IMG/VR virus record: IMGVR_UViG_3300008516_000204
Location: 1 to 64,000 of that record
Direction: 5' to 3' (one strand)
Length of the DNA: 64,000 bases
DNA from: a virus
Of this stretch, positions 56,126-64,000 are shown piece by piece (position 1 is the stretch's first letter; every line of letters begins with the position of its first letter). The position numbers and the translations under genes are program-made. The notes below the pieces were generated by a model. That model was not told the origin of the DNA. It saw only the letters and a list, made by a program, of their open reading frames with translations, and made no database searches.

Positions 56126-58666
56126 ATGTCTATATACTGCACAAAATGTCCTTTACACTTAACAAGCTTTACAAACGACAAGAAACATAAGGTAATCTGT
56201 CTTTCTGGTTGTGGCTCTAAATCTGCCAAGATTATGCTCATCGGCGAAGCACCAGGGAATGATGAGCTATTTAAGAAAGAGCCATTTGTGGGCAAGGCAG
56301 GCAAAGAACTGGACAAATGTTTGAAAGAGGCAGGGATAAATCGAGCCGAGATATTTTTGAGCAATAGTTGTCGTTGCCGACCACCAGATAATCGTGACCC
56401 AAATGCCAAAGAACTAAAAGCCTGCCGAGAATTTTTGGTGAATGAGATAAACGCTATCAAACCCAATGTCATCGGGCTTCTCGGTAATATAGCGATGAAG
56501 CAGGTTCTGGGCAAAACTGGTTCACTAAAGTATCAGGGGCAACCATTTTGGAGCGATGAGTTTCAGGTTACTTGTATACCACTTATTCATCCCAGTTATA
56601 TTATTAGAAATCAGGATAATATGGAGATTAGGGAGAAATTTATCAATGCCCTCAAATTTGTTAAGGAAGCCAGCAAAACTAAAAATCCAATTAAGCGGAA
56701 AGTTTCACCAGTTAAATATGTAGTTTGCGATAATATGAAGAAAGTTAAGGCACTATTTTCAAGATTAAGGCAGATTAAAGAGAATTCTATTGACACAGAA
56801 TCGACTTCCTTGCGACCTTATAATGGCAAATTGCTTTGTGCGTCTTTTAGCTGGAAGGAAAATACTGGAATAGTCCTGCCTATTTTGGGCAGAAACCTCA
56901 AGCGGATTTGGAACAATCAGCAATATAATTGGATCTTGGGCGAGCTTCGCAAATATTTTAGTAGAAAAAATGTCAAGAAAATATATCAAAATGGTAAGCA
57001 TGATATTCAATGGTTCAAATATCACCTCGGCATAGAAAGCACGATAGAGTTTGATACTCAGTTGGCTCATTATTCTTTGAATATGGAATCGCCTCGACAC
57101 AGTCACGGACTAAAGGAAATGGCTTGGACTTTTACAGATATGGGGAACTATGCTGAAAAAGTTGACCCAAAACAATTTGGCGACCCAAAATATATTAAAG
57201 AACATTACGATGATATAATGCAATATGCCTGTGCGGATGCCGATTGCACTTTCAGGATTTACCGCAAATTATCGCCACAAATTACAAAAGAAAAAATGGA
57301 CTATGTTCTTTATAACATAATGCTTCCAGAATCCATAGTCTTGGCAGATATTGAACTAAATGGTGTCCAAATTGACAGGAAAAAATTGGAACGACTAAAA
57401 TTTCAGTATGCTCGCAACTTGAATGCAACCGAAACCAAACTTTATTCTCTGCCAGCGATTAAAACAGTTGGGAACAAGCAATATAAGAAACTTGTTGATA
57501 AGCAGAAAGCCAAGTATAAAAATTCCAAAATAATTAAGAAGCGACACACATTAAAAGAATATCTGGACAAGGTTGAGCGACCCAAGTTCAATTTCAAATC
57601 GCACCAGCAATTAGCCATATTGTTTTATGATATTTTGAAAATGCCCAAACCAGAGAAAACGAAGAAGGGAACAGCATTATCCACAGATAAAAAGACATTG
57701 GAAAAATTGGAAGGGAAACATCCCGTTATAAAACTGATTCTCAAATATAAGAAGCTGACGAAGATGTATAATACTTATATCTGCCCGACACTTGAATCTT
57801 TGGATGAGAACGACAGGATACACACGGAATATAATCAGCACATCACTCGGACTGGTAGAATTTCGTCAAGCAGACCGAATCTCCAGAATGTTCCGAAGGA
57901 GTATGGCAAGGATTTTAGGGACTGTTTTATAGCAAAAAAGGGACATAGACTATTGGAAGCAGATTCGAAACAAATCGAGTTTAGAGTATTGGCACATTTA
58001 TCCCAAGACCAGAGAATGATTGCTGATATAAAAAGTGGAAAAGATATTCATACCATTACAGCATCAAGATTGTATAGGACAAAAGAAGAAGATGTTACCA
58101 AGGAACAGCGTGATAAAAGCAAGCCATTCGTTTTCGGCGTACCTTATGGTCGTGGTGCGAAAGCCATCGCTGAACAATATAAGCTGACGCTGAAAGAGGC
58201 GGAGGAACAGTTGAGATACTTCAATCAGATTTATCCGAGGGCTTCCAGATGGAACAAGGCAGCAGTGAGTGGTGCTAAAAGACACGAATATGTTAAGAGT
58301 TGGTTCGGGAGAAAAAGACCACTATTCCATATTAATGATAAGGATAAAATGTTGTCCGAGAAAGACGAGAGAAAAGTCGTGGCATCGGCTGTCCAATCAA
58401 CCGCTTCAGACATTGTTGCCTTGCAAATGGTTGAGGTATATAAGAGATTAAGGGCGAATACCAAATCCAGAATTGTGCTAACCATTCACGATAGCATTGT
58501 AAGCGAAGTTCCCGACAATGAGATTGAAAAGGTTACAGGAATAGTAAAAGAGGAGATGACCAAAGCTCCTAAAGGATTCAGAGTTCCTCTGGATACCGAT
58601 GTCAAGGTCGGGGAACAATGGGGTTCTATGCACGATTCAGATAAGGTTGAAAGCGAGGAAGAATAA
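56126..58666 (+). CDS. polA: Family A DNA polymerase with N-terminal family-4 uracil-DNA glycosylase (SPO1-like)
   Basis: C..C.L, GEAPG..E, PFVG.AG, CRPP.NR, HPSY; exo DTE/N.K.D/YA..D; TGR.SS..PNLQN, D..QIE.R, K...FG..YG, HD. Confidence 0.95.
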   Translation: MSIYCTKCPLHLTSFTNDKKHKVICLSGCGSKSAKIMLIGEAPGNDELFKKEPFVGKAGKELDKCLKEAGINRAEIFLSNSCRCRPPDNRDPNAKELKACREFLVNEINAIKPNVIGLLGNIAMKQVLGKTGSLKYQGQPFWSDEFQVTCIPLIHPSYIIRNQDNMEIREKFINALKFVKEASKTKNPIKRKVSPVKYVVCDNMKKVKALFSRLRQIKENSIDTESTSLRPYNGKLLCASFSWKENTGIVLPILGRNLKRIWNNQQYNWILGELRKYFSRKNVKKIYQNGKHDIQWFKYHLGIESTIEFDTQLAHYSLNMESPRHSHGLKEMAWTFTDMGNYAEKVDPKQFGDPKYIKEHYDDIMQYACADADCTFRIYRKLSPQITKEKMDYVLYNIMLPESIVLADIELNGVQIDRKKLERLKFQYARNLNATETKLYSLPAIKTVGNKQYKKLVDKQKAKYKNSKIIKKRHTLKEYLDKVERPKFNFKSHQQLAILFYDILKMPKPEKTKKGTALSTDKKTLEKLEGKHPVIKLILKYKKLTKMYNTYICPTLESLDENDRIHTEYNQHITRTGRISSSRPNLQNVPKEYGKDFRDCFIAKKGHRLLEADSKQIEFRVLAHLSQDQRMIADIKSGKDIHTITASRLYRTKEEDVTKEQRDKSKPFVFGVPYGRGAKAIAEQYKLTLKEAEEQLRYFNQIYPRASRWNKAAVSGAKRHEYVKSWFGRKRPLFHINDKDKMLSEKDERKVVASAVQSTASDIVALQMVEVYKRLRANTKSRIVLTIHDSIVSEVPDNEIEKVTGIVKEEMTKAPKGFRVPLDTDVKVGEQWGSMHDSDKVESEEE

Positions 58667-59005
58667 ATGAAACACAAAAATCATGAATGGCAATTAACCA
58701 ATTTGGAATTATCTAAACGCTTAAAGGAATTAGGAGTAAAGCAAGAGAGTTTGTGGTGGTGGGTTAATTTTGAAGGTATTTCAAAAGATGACCCTGCTTA
58801 TGGCGGTTATCCTGATTGGCAATTAGTGCAAGAAGATAATGATTTTAGCGATAGAGATGCTTACTCCGCCTTTACTGTTGCTGAATTGTATCAAATTCAT
58901 TGGAAAGCATTTGGCAGATTTCCAAGCGTAATAGGACTTAAGCCTACTCAAATAGCAAATTATTTAGCAGAAGAACTTATAGAGAGAAAAAAGAAATATA
59001 AATGA
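58667..59005 (+). CDS. Conserved phage hypothetical protein
   Basis: LELSK.LKELGV.QES...SAFTVAEL motif. Confidence 0.7.
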   Translation: MKHKNHEWQLTNLELSKRLKELGVKQESLWWWVNFEGISKDDPAYGGYPDWQLVQEDNDFSDRDAYSAFTVAELYQIHWKAFGRFPSVIGLKPTQIANYLAEELIERKKKYK

Positions 59006-59177
59006 AACTATTTGACATCAAATTCAACACCATACCTGTCAGAAAATGGCTAAACGAGCATCGATGCCATAGAAAAAGGCAGTTCTCGGCATATGACGAG
59101 GAAAATCATGGGATAGTTTGTGTAAAATGTCTGGATTGCAATCAACTTTTTATATTGGATGAGATAGGAGGTTTGAG

Positions 59178-59435
59178 ATGAAGATAGCAACTAAATTAAA
59201 TATGCTCCCAACTAATATTATAGGGAAACCTGTAAAATATGATAGAATTAAAGTTGGAAAGATAATTGAGGTTAATAGTCCTACCCAAGGTTTTGTAACT
59301 ATAAAAATAGATACTAAATATTGTAAGTTATTAAGAGAGCTTATAAGAAGCAAATTAGTAAAAACACAAATAAAAGCAGATAATTTATTGCTCTATTCAG
59401 AAAAAAGATTCCCTCAAAAGATAAAGGAGGAATAA
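59178..59435 (+). CDS. Hypothetical protein
   Basis: SD AGGAGG. Confidence 0.55.
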   Translation: MKIATKLNMLPTNIIGKPVKYDRIKVGKIIEVNSPTQGFVTIKIDTKYCKLLRELIRSKLVKTQIKADNLLLYSEKRFPQKIKEE

Positions 59436-59436
59436 A

Positions 59437-59625
59437 ATGAAGATAACCAAAGTTGTTCGTGGGTTCGGGAAAAATATCAATCTGGGCAACTATGAATCGG
59501 CTCGGTTCTTCGCCTCACTGGAAGCCGAAGTCAACGATGGCGATGATGTCAAGAAAGTTTCCAAGCAGCTTCAAAAGGGCGTGGAACATCTCGTTAATCA
59601 GGATATTAAGAAATACAAAGGATAG
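59437..59625 (+). CDS. Conserved phage protein (NLGNYES family)
   Basis: INLGNYESAR motif; SD. Confidence 0.75.
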   Translation: MKITKVVRGFGKNINLGNYESARFFASLEAEVNDGDDVKKVSKQLQKGVEHLVNQDIKKYKG

Positions 59626-59634
59626 AAGGAATTA

Positions 59635-59874
59635 ATGTTTTATAAAATATATAGATATTTAGCAGAATTTTTCTTGGAAAGATGTGGTTTTCTGCCAACA
59701 GAAATAAAAAGAGTATTTGCTACGCATTTAGTAAAAAATATTCCAACTGGTGAGAAATTTTGCATAGCTCCAGAGAATATAGAGAATAGCCAAGTTTCGC
59801 TTCAAGAAATAAAAGAAATATGCTCTTCAGTTGAATATAGTGCTGAAGAAGATTTGTATAACTGCATAAGATAG
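59635..59874 (+). CDS. Hypothetical protein
   Basis: ORF track. Confidence 0.5.
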   Translation: MFYKIYRYLAEFFLERCGFLPTEIKRVFATHLVKNIPTGEKFCIAPENIENSQVSLQEIKEICSSVEYSAEEDLYNCIR

Positions 59875-60041
59875 GAGCTCCAAATATGGAAAAAAAAGAT
59901 GATATCATACTATCTCGAAGTGAGCAAGGCTTATGTCCTTTTTGCAAAGAACTTATCGGAACAGATTTTAAAGTAGTAGAATACAGAGGTAAAAAAATTT
60001 GGGTTTGTAAAAAACACCCAATAAGCGAATAGGAGGCTAAT

Positions 60042-60482
60042 ATGAAAACCTTGGACAGAATCATCAGGGAACTCAAGCTGACCGACGACATCAAGCGGAT
60101 TTCGAAGGTCGAGCAGCGAATCCCCAGAAATGGCATTATCCCAGAAAACGATGCCATGATATTGCATGTGCTATTCCTGCAAGCAAAAATGAAGCTGACA
60201 GACTTGGTAACGAAAGCCAAGAGGTATGAGCAGCACATAAAGATAACGAGGAATAATAAGTTAAATCTGCTTACATCCAAATCTGGCGAAAAAAGCGAGG
60301 CTGCGAAGTTGAGGATAGCACATGGTAATAAGGAGTGGCAGGTTTTGCAAGAGGAGAGGGTAAATGCAGAAATTCTGGTGGACTGGCTTATAAACAAGCG
60401 TCGGGATTTTGGGGATGCTTCTATTATGTGCCGAGAAACATTGAAGTTTGTGCGTGAGGATAAAAATCAAGAACAAAAATAA
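60042..60482 (+). CDS. Helical protein, possible UvsY-like recombination mediator
   Basis: Coiled-coil pattern, size and position next to SSB/RecA; function is inference. Confidence 0.45.
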   Translation: MKTLDRIIRELKLTDDIKRISKVEQRIPRNGIIPENDAMILHVLFLQAKMKLTDLVTKAKRYEQHIKITRNNKLNLLTSKSGEKSEAAKLRIAHGNKEWQVLQEERVNAEILVDWLINKRRDFGDASIMCRETLKFVREDKNQEQK

Positions 60483-60495
60483 ATGATAAGGAGGT

Positions 60496-61050
60496 GTGAA
60501 AATGGCTGACAGAAAAGACAATAACGACCTTGCCAACTTCGAGGTTAAAGTCAGTGATGGTCAGGGTGGCGATTATTATCTTCTGCCCGAACGGACTTGG
60601 TTAGCAGCAAAATTAATCGCTGTAAAATCCAAGAATACCCAAAAGGGGCAGAGAGCCAACTTTGTCTATGAAACAGTCAAGGAATATGATGGCGAAACTC
60701 GTAGAGCATATCGTTCAGTTCCGCTTCATAAGACTGTTACAGAGAAGGCTGATTTATATGTAACCATAGCTGAACATCTTGGCAGACCTTTGGAAGTTGA
60801 TGAGAGCGTTAAACTTGGTGATTTGACTGGGAAAGTTTATCTCATTTCTTTGGATAATAAAGAAGTCGGGGAAAATACTTACCAGAATGTTACCAAGGTC
60901 AAGCCTTACAAGGGAAAGGGCAAAACTACCACTCGTCGCAGACCTGTGGAGATAGCAGAAGAAGAACCCTTACTTGTAGATGATGATTTGAAGGAAACAC
61001 AGGCAGAACCACAAGAGGAAGAAATTAGCGAGGAAGAGCTTCCTTTCTAA
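60496..61050 (+). CDS. Single-stranded DNA-binding protein
   Basis: OB-like N-terminus, acidic tail ending EEELPF. Confidence 0.75.
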   Translation: MKMADRKDNNDLANFEVKVSDGQGGDYYLLPERTWLAAKLIAVKSKNTQKGQRANFVYETVKEYDGETRRAYRSVPLHKTVTEKADLYVTIAEHLGRPLEVDESVKLGDLTGKVYLISLDNKEVGENTYQNVTKVKPYKGKGKTTTRRRPVEIAEEEPLLVDDDLKETQAEPQEEEISEEELPF

Positions 61051-61065
61051 TTAAAATGCTTAATC

Positions 61066-61092
61066 GGTGGGGTGTCCAAGCGATACCCCACC
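61066..61092 (+). terminator. Stem-loop after ssb (no U-tract)
   Basis: GGTGGGGTGTC-CAAGC-GATACCCCACC. Confidence 0.55.
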
Positions 61093-61118
61093 TAAAGCAA
61101 ATTTAAAAAGGTATAATA

Positions 61119-61745
61119 ATGAAAGTAATTGATTTATTTTGCGGTGCTGGTGGAGCCAGTATAGGTTTGAAGCAAGCAGGCTTTAATTATATTCTTGGTA
61201 TTGATATAAATAATCAACCAGAATATCCTTTTGAGTTTATTAAATCTAATGTATTTGATATGGATGCTAATTTTTTAAGGCGATTTGATTTTATTTGGGC
61301 TTCACCGCCTTGTCAAAAATATACTTGGGCTTCAAAGAAGTGGCAAAATAGGGGCAAAAAATATCCTGATTATATTAAAAGAACTAGAGAAATGCTTTTA
61401 AAAGTTAGCAAACCCTTTGTTTTAGAGAATGTTATTAATGCACCATTAAGAAAAGACTTAATTCTTTGTGGTGAGATGTTTAACCTAAAAGTTATAAGGC
61501 ATAGGATTTTTGAAATCGAAGGTTTTCAAGCAGAACAACCAAAACATAAGAAGCACAAAGGAACAGTAAGACAAGGATATTATGTTACTGTTGCGGGTCA
61601 TGGTGGAGATGGTAAAGCAAGTTTAAAAAGTTGGCAAGAAGCGATGAAAATTAATTGGATAGCAGATAAAAAAATGTTAGCAGAGGCAGTTCCTCCAGCT
61701 TATGCAAAATATATCGGAGAACAATTTATAAAATGCAAATCCTAG
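61119..61745 (+). CDS. C5-cytosine DNA methyltransferase (short type)
   Basis: DLFCGAGG, SPPCQ, ENV, R.R.F, EA.PP.Y. Confidence 0.9.
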   Translation: MKVIDLFCGAGGASIGLKQAGFNYILGIDINNQPEYPFEFIKSNVFDMDANFLRRFDFIWASPPCQKYTWASKKWQNRGKKYPDYIKRTREMLLKVSKPFVLENVINAPLRKDLILCGEMFNLKVIRHRIFEIEGFQAEQPKHKKHKGTVRQGYYVTVAGHGGDGKASLKSWQEAMKINWIADKKMLAEAVPPAYAKYIGEQFIKCKS

Positions 61746-62329
61746 GAATTGATTTAGACACGAATTACTGTGGTGTCGCAATATTAGACCATAACCTACG
61801 CTTAATTAAGCGAAAGCTCCTTACTCTATCTGGCAAGACGGAAATTCAGAAAATGATTGAATTGGCTTTTTACATCTATTCTATTAAGCACAGTATTGAT
61901 GAGATAGTTATTGAGGATACTTTTATGGCGAAAAATGCCAAAACATTTAAACATTTATCAAGATTGGCGGGAGCAATTGAGTATCTCTGTTATCGCAAGT
62001 TTAATAAAGAGGCACATTTTATTATGGCACGACAAGCACGAGGGTATTCACAGCTTAAGGGCAACTGCAAAAAAATAGAAACCCAGTTAAAAATTGCCAA
62101 GGAATATGGATTGGTGGATGACAAGATTTTTTATAAGTATCATGGCAAAATCGGAAACCTGTATCAGCAATACAAGGACAAGAAAATAACCAAGGGGCAG
62201 TTCGACTACCGAGCCGACAAAAAGTTTAGCGAGGAGTTTTTCGAGGAAACCAAATTATCAAATCACGAGGCTGATGCTGTGATTATCGGCAAGGCACTAA
62301 TTCTGCGATTAAAGGAGAAAAAGATATGA
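61733..62329 (+). CDS. RuvC-like Holliday junction resolvase
   Basis: ILGID...G.A, IVIE, ADA..IG. Confidence 0.75.
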   Translation: MQILGIDLDTNYCGVAILDHNLRLIKRKLLTLSGKTEIQKMIELAFYIYSIKHSIDEIVIEDTFMAKNAKTFKHLSRLAGAIEYLCYRKFNKEAHFIMARQARGYSQLKGNCKKIETQLKIAKEYGLVDDKIFYKYHGKIGNLYQQYKDKKITKGQFDYRADKKFSEEFFEETKLSNHEADAVIIGKALILRLKEKKI

Positions 62330-62664
62330 GTTTTTATTGCAAATCCTGCGGACTTGCTCCAAAAGGAGTGAAGCAACAGAAGGTAGTAACCAAGGCGAGA
62401 AATGTAAAATACCTTTTTCGCAATATCTATCTCAGTAGGCAGATCGATAACATTACTGGTATCCCCAAACTTATCCCCTCAGCTCCTAAAGTCGTGAAAG
62501 AAACCTCTGGATTTGAGATAATTGAACAGACTATCTACTGTCCTAAATGTGCACCAGAGGATGACAAACCCGAAGTTGTGGGAACAGTTAATAGGTATAT
62601 CGACAGAACCGTTTATGTGAGGGACAGGGAAAAGAGAGGGATGTTTAGCAGGAGGAGAAGGTAA
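62326..62664 (+). CDS. Zn-binding hypothetical protein
   Basis: CKSC...CPKC. Confidence 0.6.
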   Translation: MSFYCKSCGLAPKGVKQQKVVTKARNVKYLFRNIYLSRQIDNITGIPKLIPSAPKVVKETSGFEIIEQTIYCPKCAPEDDKPEVVGTVNRYIDRTVYVRDREKRGMFSRRRR

Positions 62665-62819
62665 GATGTATGGACATATCCAATGCAATAAGCATACAAG
62701 GCAGTTTCCCGAACTGGGAATTCGAATTGAATATTTTCGTCGAACTAAAGGTAGAAAGATTCATATGACTGTATCTCTATGGACTATCAGAATATATCTT
62801 TTTATATAAGGAGAAATAA

Positions 62820-63839
62820 ATGGGAGAACTTGAAAAAATTATCAATGAAATAAATAAACAGTATCCAGGCTCGGTTATGCGACTCGGAAAATGTGCCTAT
62901 ACCAAGAAGAAACGGGTTTCCACTGGCTCTTTTGCGCTTGATATGGCGACTGGTGGAGGCATACCAGAAGGGAGCATAATCGAGATGTTTGGCCCATTAT
63001 CTTCGGGAAAAACATTTTCGGCACTCAAACTGGTCGCCGAAGTCCAGAAAATCGGAAGAAAGGCAGCATATATCGATTTGGAAAACGCCATCGATTTGGA
63101 GTGGTGCGAAAAATTGGGGGTAAACAACAAAGAGCTGATTATATCCCAACCTTCTTCGGCAGAACAGGCGATAGATACCGTTGACAAGTTGGTTAGAAGC
63201 AGAGAATTGGGGATTATTGTGATTGACAGCTTGGCGAGTATGACCCCGCTAGTAGAGATAGAAAGCTCGGCTGAAGACCAGCAAATGGGAGTCGCTGCCC
63301 GTCTCGCCAACAAAATGGTTCGGAAGGTTCAATCGGCACTGCAACCAGTTGATTTGGGAAAGGGAGAATCTTATAATAGGTGTATCGTTGTCTTCATTAA
63401 CCAGATTAGGATGAAAATCGGAGTGCTATATGGTAATCCTGAAACCACGCCTTGTGGAAAAGGTGTTGGATTTTGTGCTGCTATTCGGATTAGATTAAGC
63501 AGAAAAGAATGGCTTCAGGAAGGAACTGGCGTGAATAAAAAGACTGTTGGGCAGGTTGTCGCCTTCAAGACGGTTAAGAACAAGACCTATGAGCCATTCA
63601 GAGTGGGAACTTTCAACATTTATTTCAAGGATGGTTCAATAGACAATTATGCAAGCATCATTCAGTATGGAATATTCTATGAGTATATTAAGAGGGCAGG
63701 GGCGATTTATACTTTTGAGAAGAAAAAATTTAAAGGCAAGGTTGCCTTAATCAATCATTTAAAGGCTCATCCTAAATTGGTTGGAAAACTCAAGACCGAT
63801 ATAAAGAAAGCACTGTTTAGAGGAAATGAAGAAGAATAA
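62820..63839 (+). CDS. recA: RecA-family recombinase
   Basis: STGS..LD.A.GGG.P.G, GP.SSGKT, D.E.A.D, IDS.A, INQIR.KIGV.YGNPETT. Confidence 0.95.
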   Translation: MGELEKIINEINKQYPGSVMRLGKCAYTKKKRVSTGSFALDMATGGGIPEGSIIEMFGPLSSGKTFSALKLVAEVQKIGRKAAYIDLENAIDLEWCEKLGVNNKELIISQPSSAEQAIDTVDKLVRSRELGIIVIDSLASMTPLVEIESSAEDQQMGVAARLANKMVRKVQSALQPVDLGKGESYNRCIVVFINQIRMKIGVLYGNPETTPCGKGVGFCAAIRIRLSRKEWLQEGTGVNKKTVGQVVAFKTVKNKTYEPFRVGTFNIYFKDGSIDNYASIIQYGIFYEYIKRAGAIYTFEKKKFKGKVALINHLKAHPKLVGKLKTDIKKALFRGNEEE

Positions 63840-64000
63840 ATTAGTTATATACGGCTGTCCCCATTGCAGAGAATATTTGTGCAAATGTGATTATTATAGA
63901 TACTGTATGTATTGTGGCAAATCCTATGATAAGAATAAATTGATAATTTTGAAGACTATAACTTGGGAGGATTTTGGTTGTGAATAAATCCTGTTCTAAC

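Noticed and set aside
34250-63313. Numerous minus-strand ORFs opposite right-arm genes (and plus-strand ORFs opposite the left arm)
   Set aside because: They are shadows of well-supported genes, with no motifs or SDs.
1-64000. tRNA genes, integrase/att sites, terminase, archaeal-virus origin
   Set aside because: No tRNA cloverleaf, integrase or terminase motifs seen by eye (tRNAscan-SE would confirm). sigma70 promoters, Def, bacterial RecA and c-di-GMP elements indicate a bacterial host.

Overview
This window is part of a large, AT-rich tailed dsDNA bacteriophage genome with two divergent arms around a non-coding hub at about 16.0-17.0 kb. The left arm (minus strand) is a virion module. It encodes an HK97-type portal, then an unusual pair (an NTase/ATP-dependent DNA ligase and a tandem LigD-type 3'-phosphoesterase), a prohead protease/scaffold, the major capsid protein, and collagen-like and His-repeat fibre proteins. 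The right arm (plus strand) starts with about 12 kb of tiny early genes driven by near-consensus sigma70 promoters (mostly TTGACA-N17-TATACT) and ends that block with a phage-encoded GGDEF diguanylate cyclase. The cyclase is immediately followed by a promoter and two tandem c-di-GMP-I (GEMM) riboswitches, each with its own overlapping intrinsic terminator (ON logic). Behind them lie a secreted protein, a sigma70-region-4 regulator and a tightly packed replication/metabolism block: primase-helicase, UDG-PolA, SSB, RuvC, RecA, DNA MTases, Def, Map, ClpP, PepA, a glycosyltransferase, Ugd and MgtC. The best candidate for a new system is this phage-encoded second-messenger circuit (cyclase plus tandem riboswitch) gating the early-to-middle transition. 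A homologue of the PVC-superphylum signature protein suggests a PVC host (e.g. Omnitrophota). I saw no terminase, integrase, tRNA or CRISPR array. All family calls come from motif recognition by eye; no database search was run.
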